Source: Octopus bimaculoides (Eukaryota). From it: 63,569 nt of DNA. The first letter of the stretch is position 1. Each line of letters begins with the position of its first letter. The notes beneath the pieces are model-generated. The model did no database searches. It was not told the DNA's origin and saw only the letters and a list, made by a program, of their open reading frames with translations. Shown here in pieces: positions 62,921-63,569 of the stretch. Both the position numbers and the translations under genes were made by a program. The stretch is taken from NCBI RefSeq assembly GCF_001194135.2, contig NC_068997.1, positions 10,775,301-10,838,869 on the forward strand. The letters run 5' to 3'.

Positions 62921-63569
62921 AATAAATATCTACCAATCTACCTACTTACATACGTACATGCACACACACGTACAAACATACATACATATATATATACATG
63001 CATACAACGTGCTGCCGACGAGTGCCAAATGTTAGGTGAACTGACTATCGAGCATATAATTCAATACTTGAGAAAATGGGAAATGAAAGAAAATTGTGAG
63101 CGACTGCGAGGAAGAGTATAGAATATCAGGGCCAACATCGAAATAGACAATAGAAAACGATAGAGATTGAGAGTGAAATACGTTGGCAGGCCGATGTCGG
63201 AGATTGAACTAGAGAACGTCGGACCAAATGTACAACTGCAGCCACGTTCAGAAATTTGTCGAGACGATGTGTACGTGTATAGTTCTCGACTCACTGTAAT
63301 GAGGATGAAAATAAGCATGTCGTAGAAAGAAAGGCATATGCTTACACAGATACATACGTACGTACATTCATACATATAACTTTATTATTTTACTTGATAG
63401 ACTCATTGAACTTCAAGCATACTGGGGTCTGATATAGTCAAATAAACAACCACCGTAGCTATATTTTTATTCTGGTACTAATTCTATCGATAGTTTTCTT
63501 TACTGAAACACCAAATTACAAAAGCATACCCGAGCCAATAGTACGGCATGCTTCAAAGACGTACTTAAA

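Noticed and set aside
61507-63330. Protein-like plus-strand patches (ELAQLHGDEALNSICG...; MSEIELENVGPNVQLQPRSEICRDD...)
   Set aside because: Poor acceptors, flanked by in-frame stops, no recognisable domain; indistinguishable from chance ORFs.

Overview
This is AT-rich eukaryotic genomic DNA from a gapped draft scaffold (7 N-runs), packed with (AT)n, (CA)n, (GA)n, (AAT)n and (GAT)n microsatellites. From memory, the tRNA-derived SINE families match those of Octopus (coleoid cephalopod) assemblies; I did not run a database search. Well-supported content is retroposon and transposon debris: about 20 SINE copies in at least 3 families (one complete, with an 11-bp TSD), two 3' remnants of RLE-type (R4/Dong-like) LINEs, a mariner (WVPHxL) transposase remnant, a maT/DD37D-like remnant, a complete TA-flanked MITE and several local tandem duplications. 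There is no rRNA, true tRNA, CRISPR array or long intact ORF, and nearly all ORF-track entries are microsatellite or chance ORFs. I could not name any host gene. The best host-gene candidate is a phase-compatible chain of five minus-strand exons (13848 to 5410) with no homologue I recognise; several isolated exon-like segments are reported at low confidence. I found no clearly new biological system, and the leads below are hypotheses.
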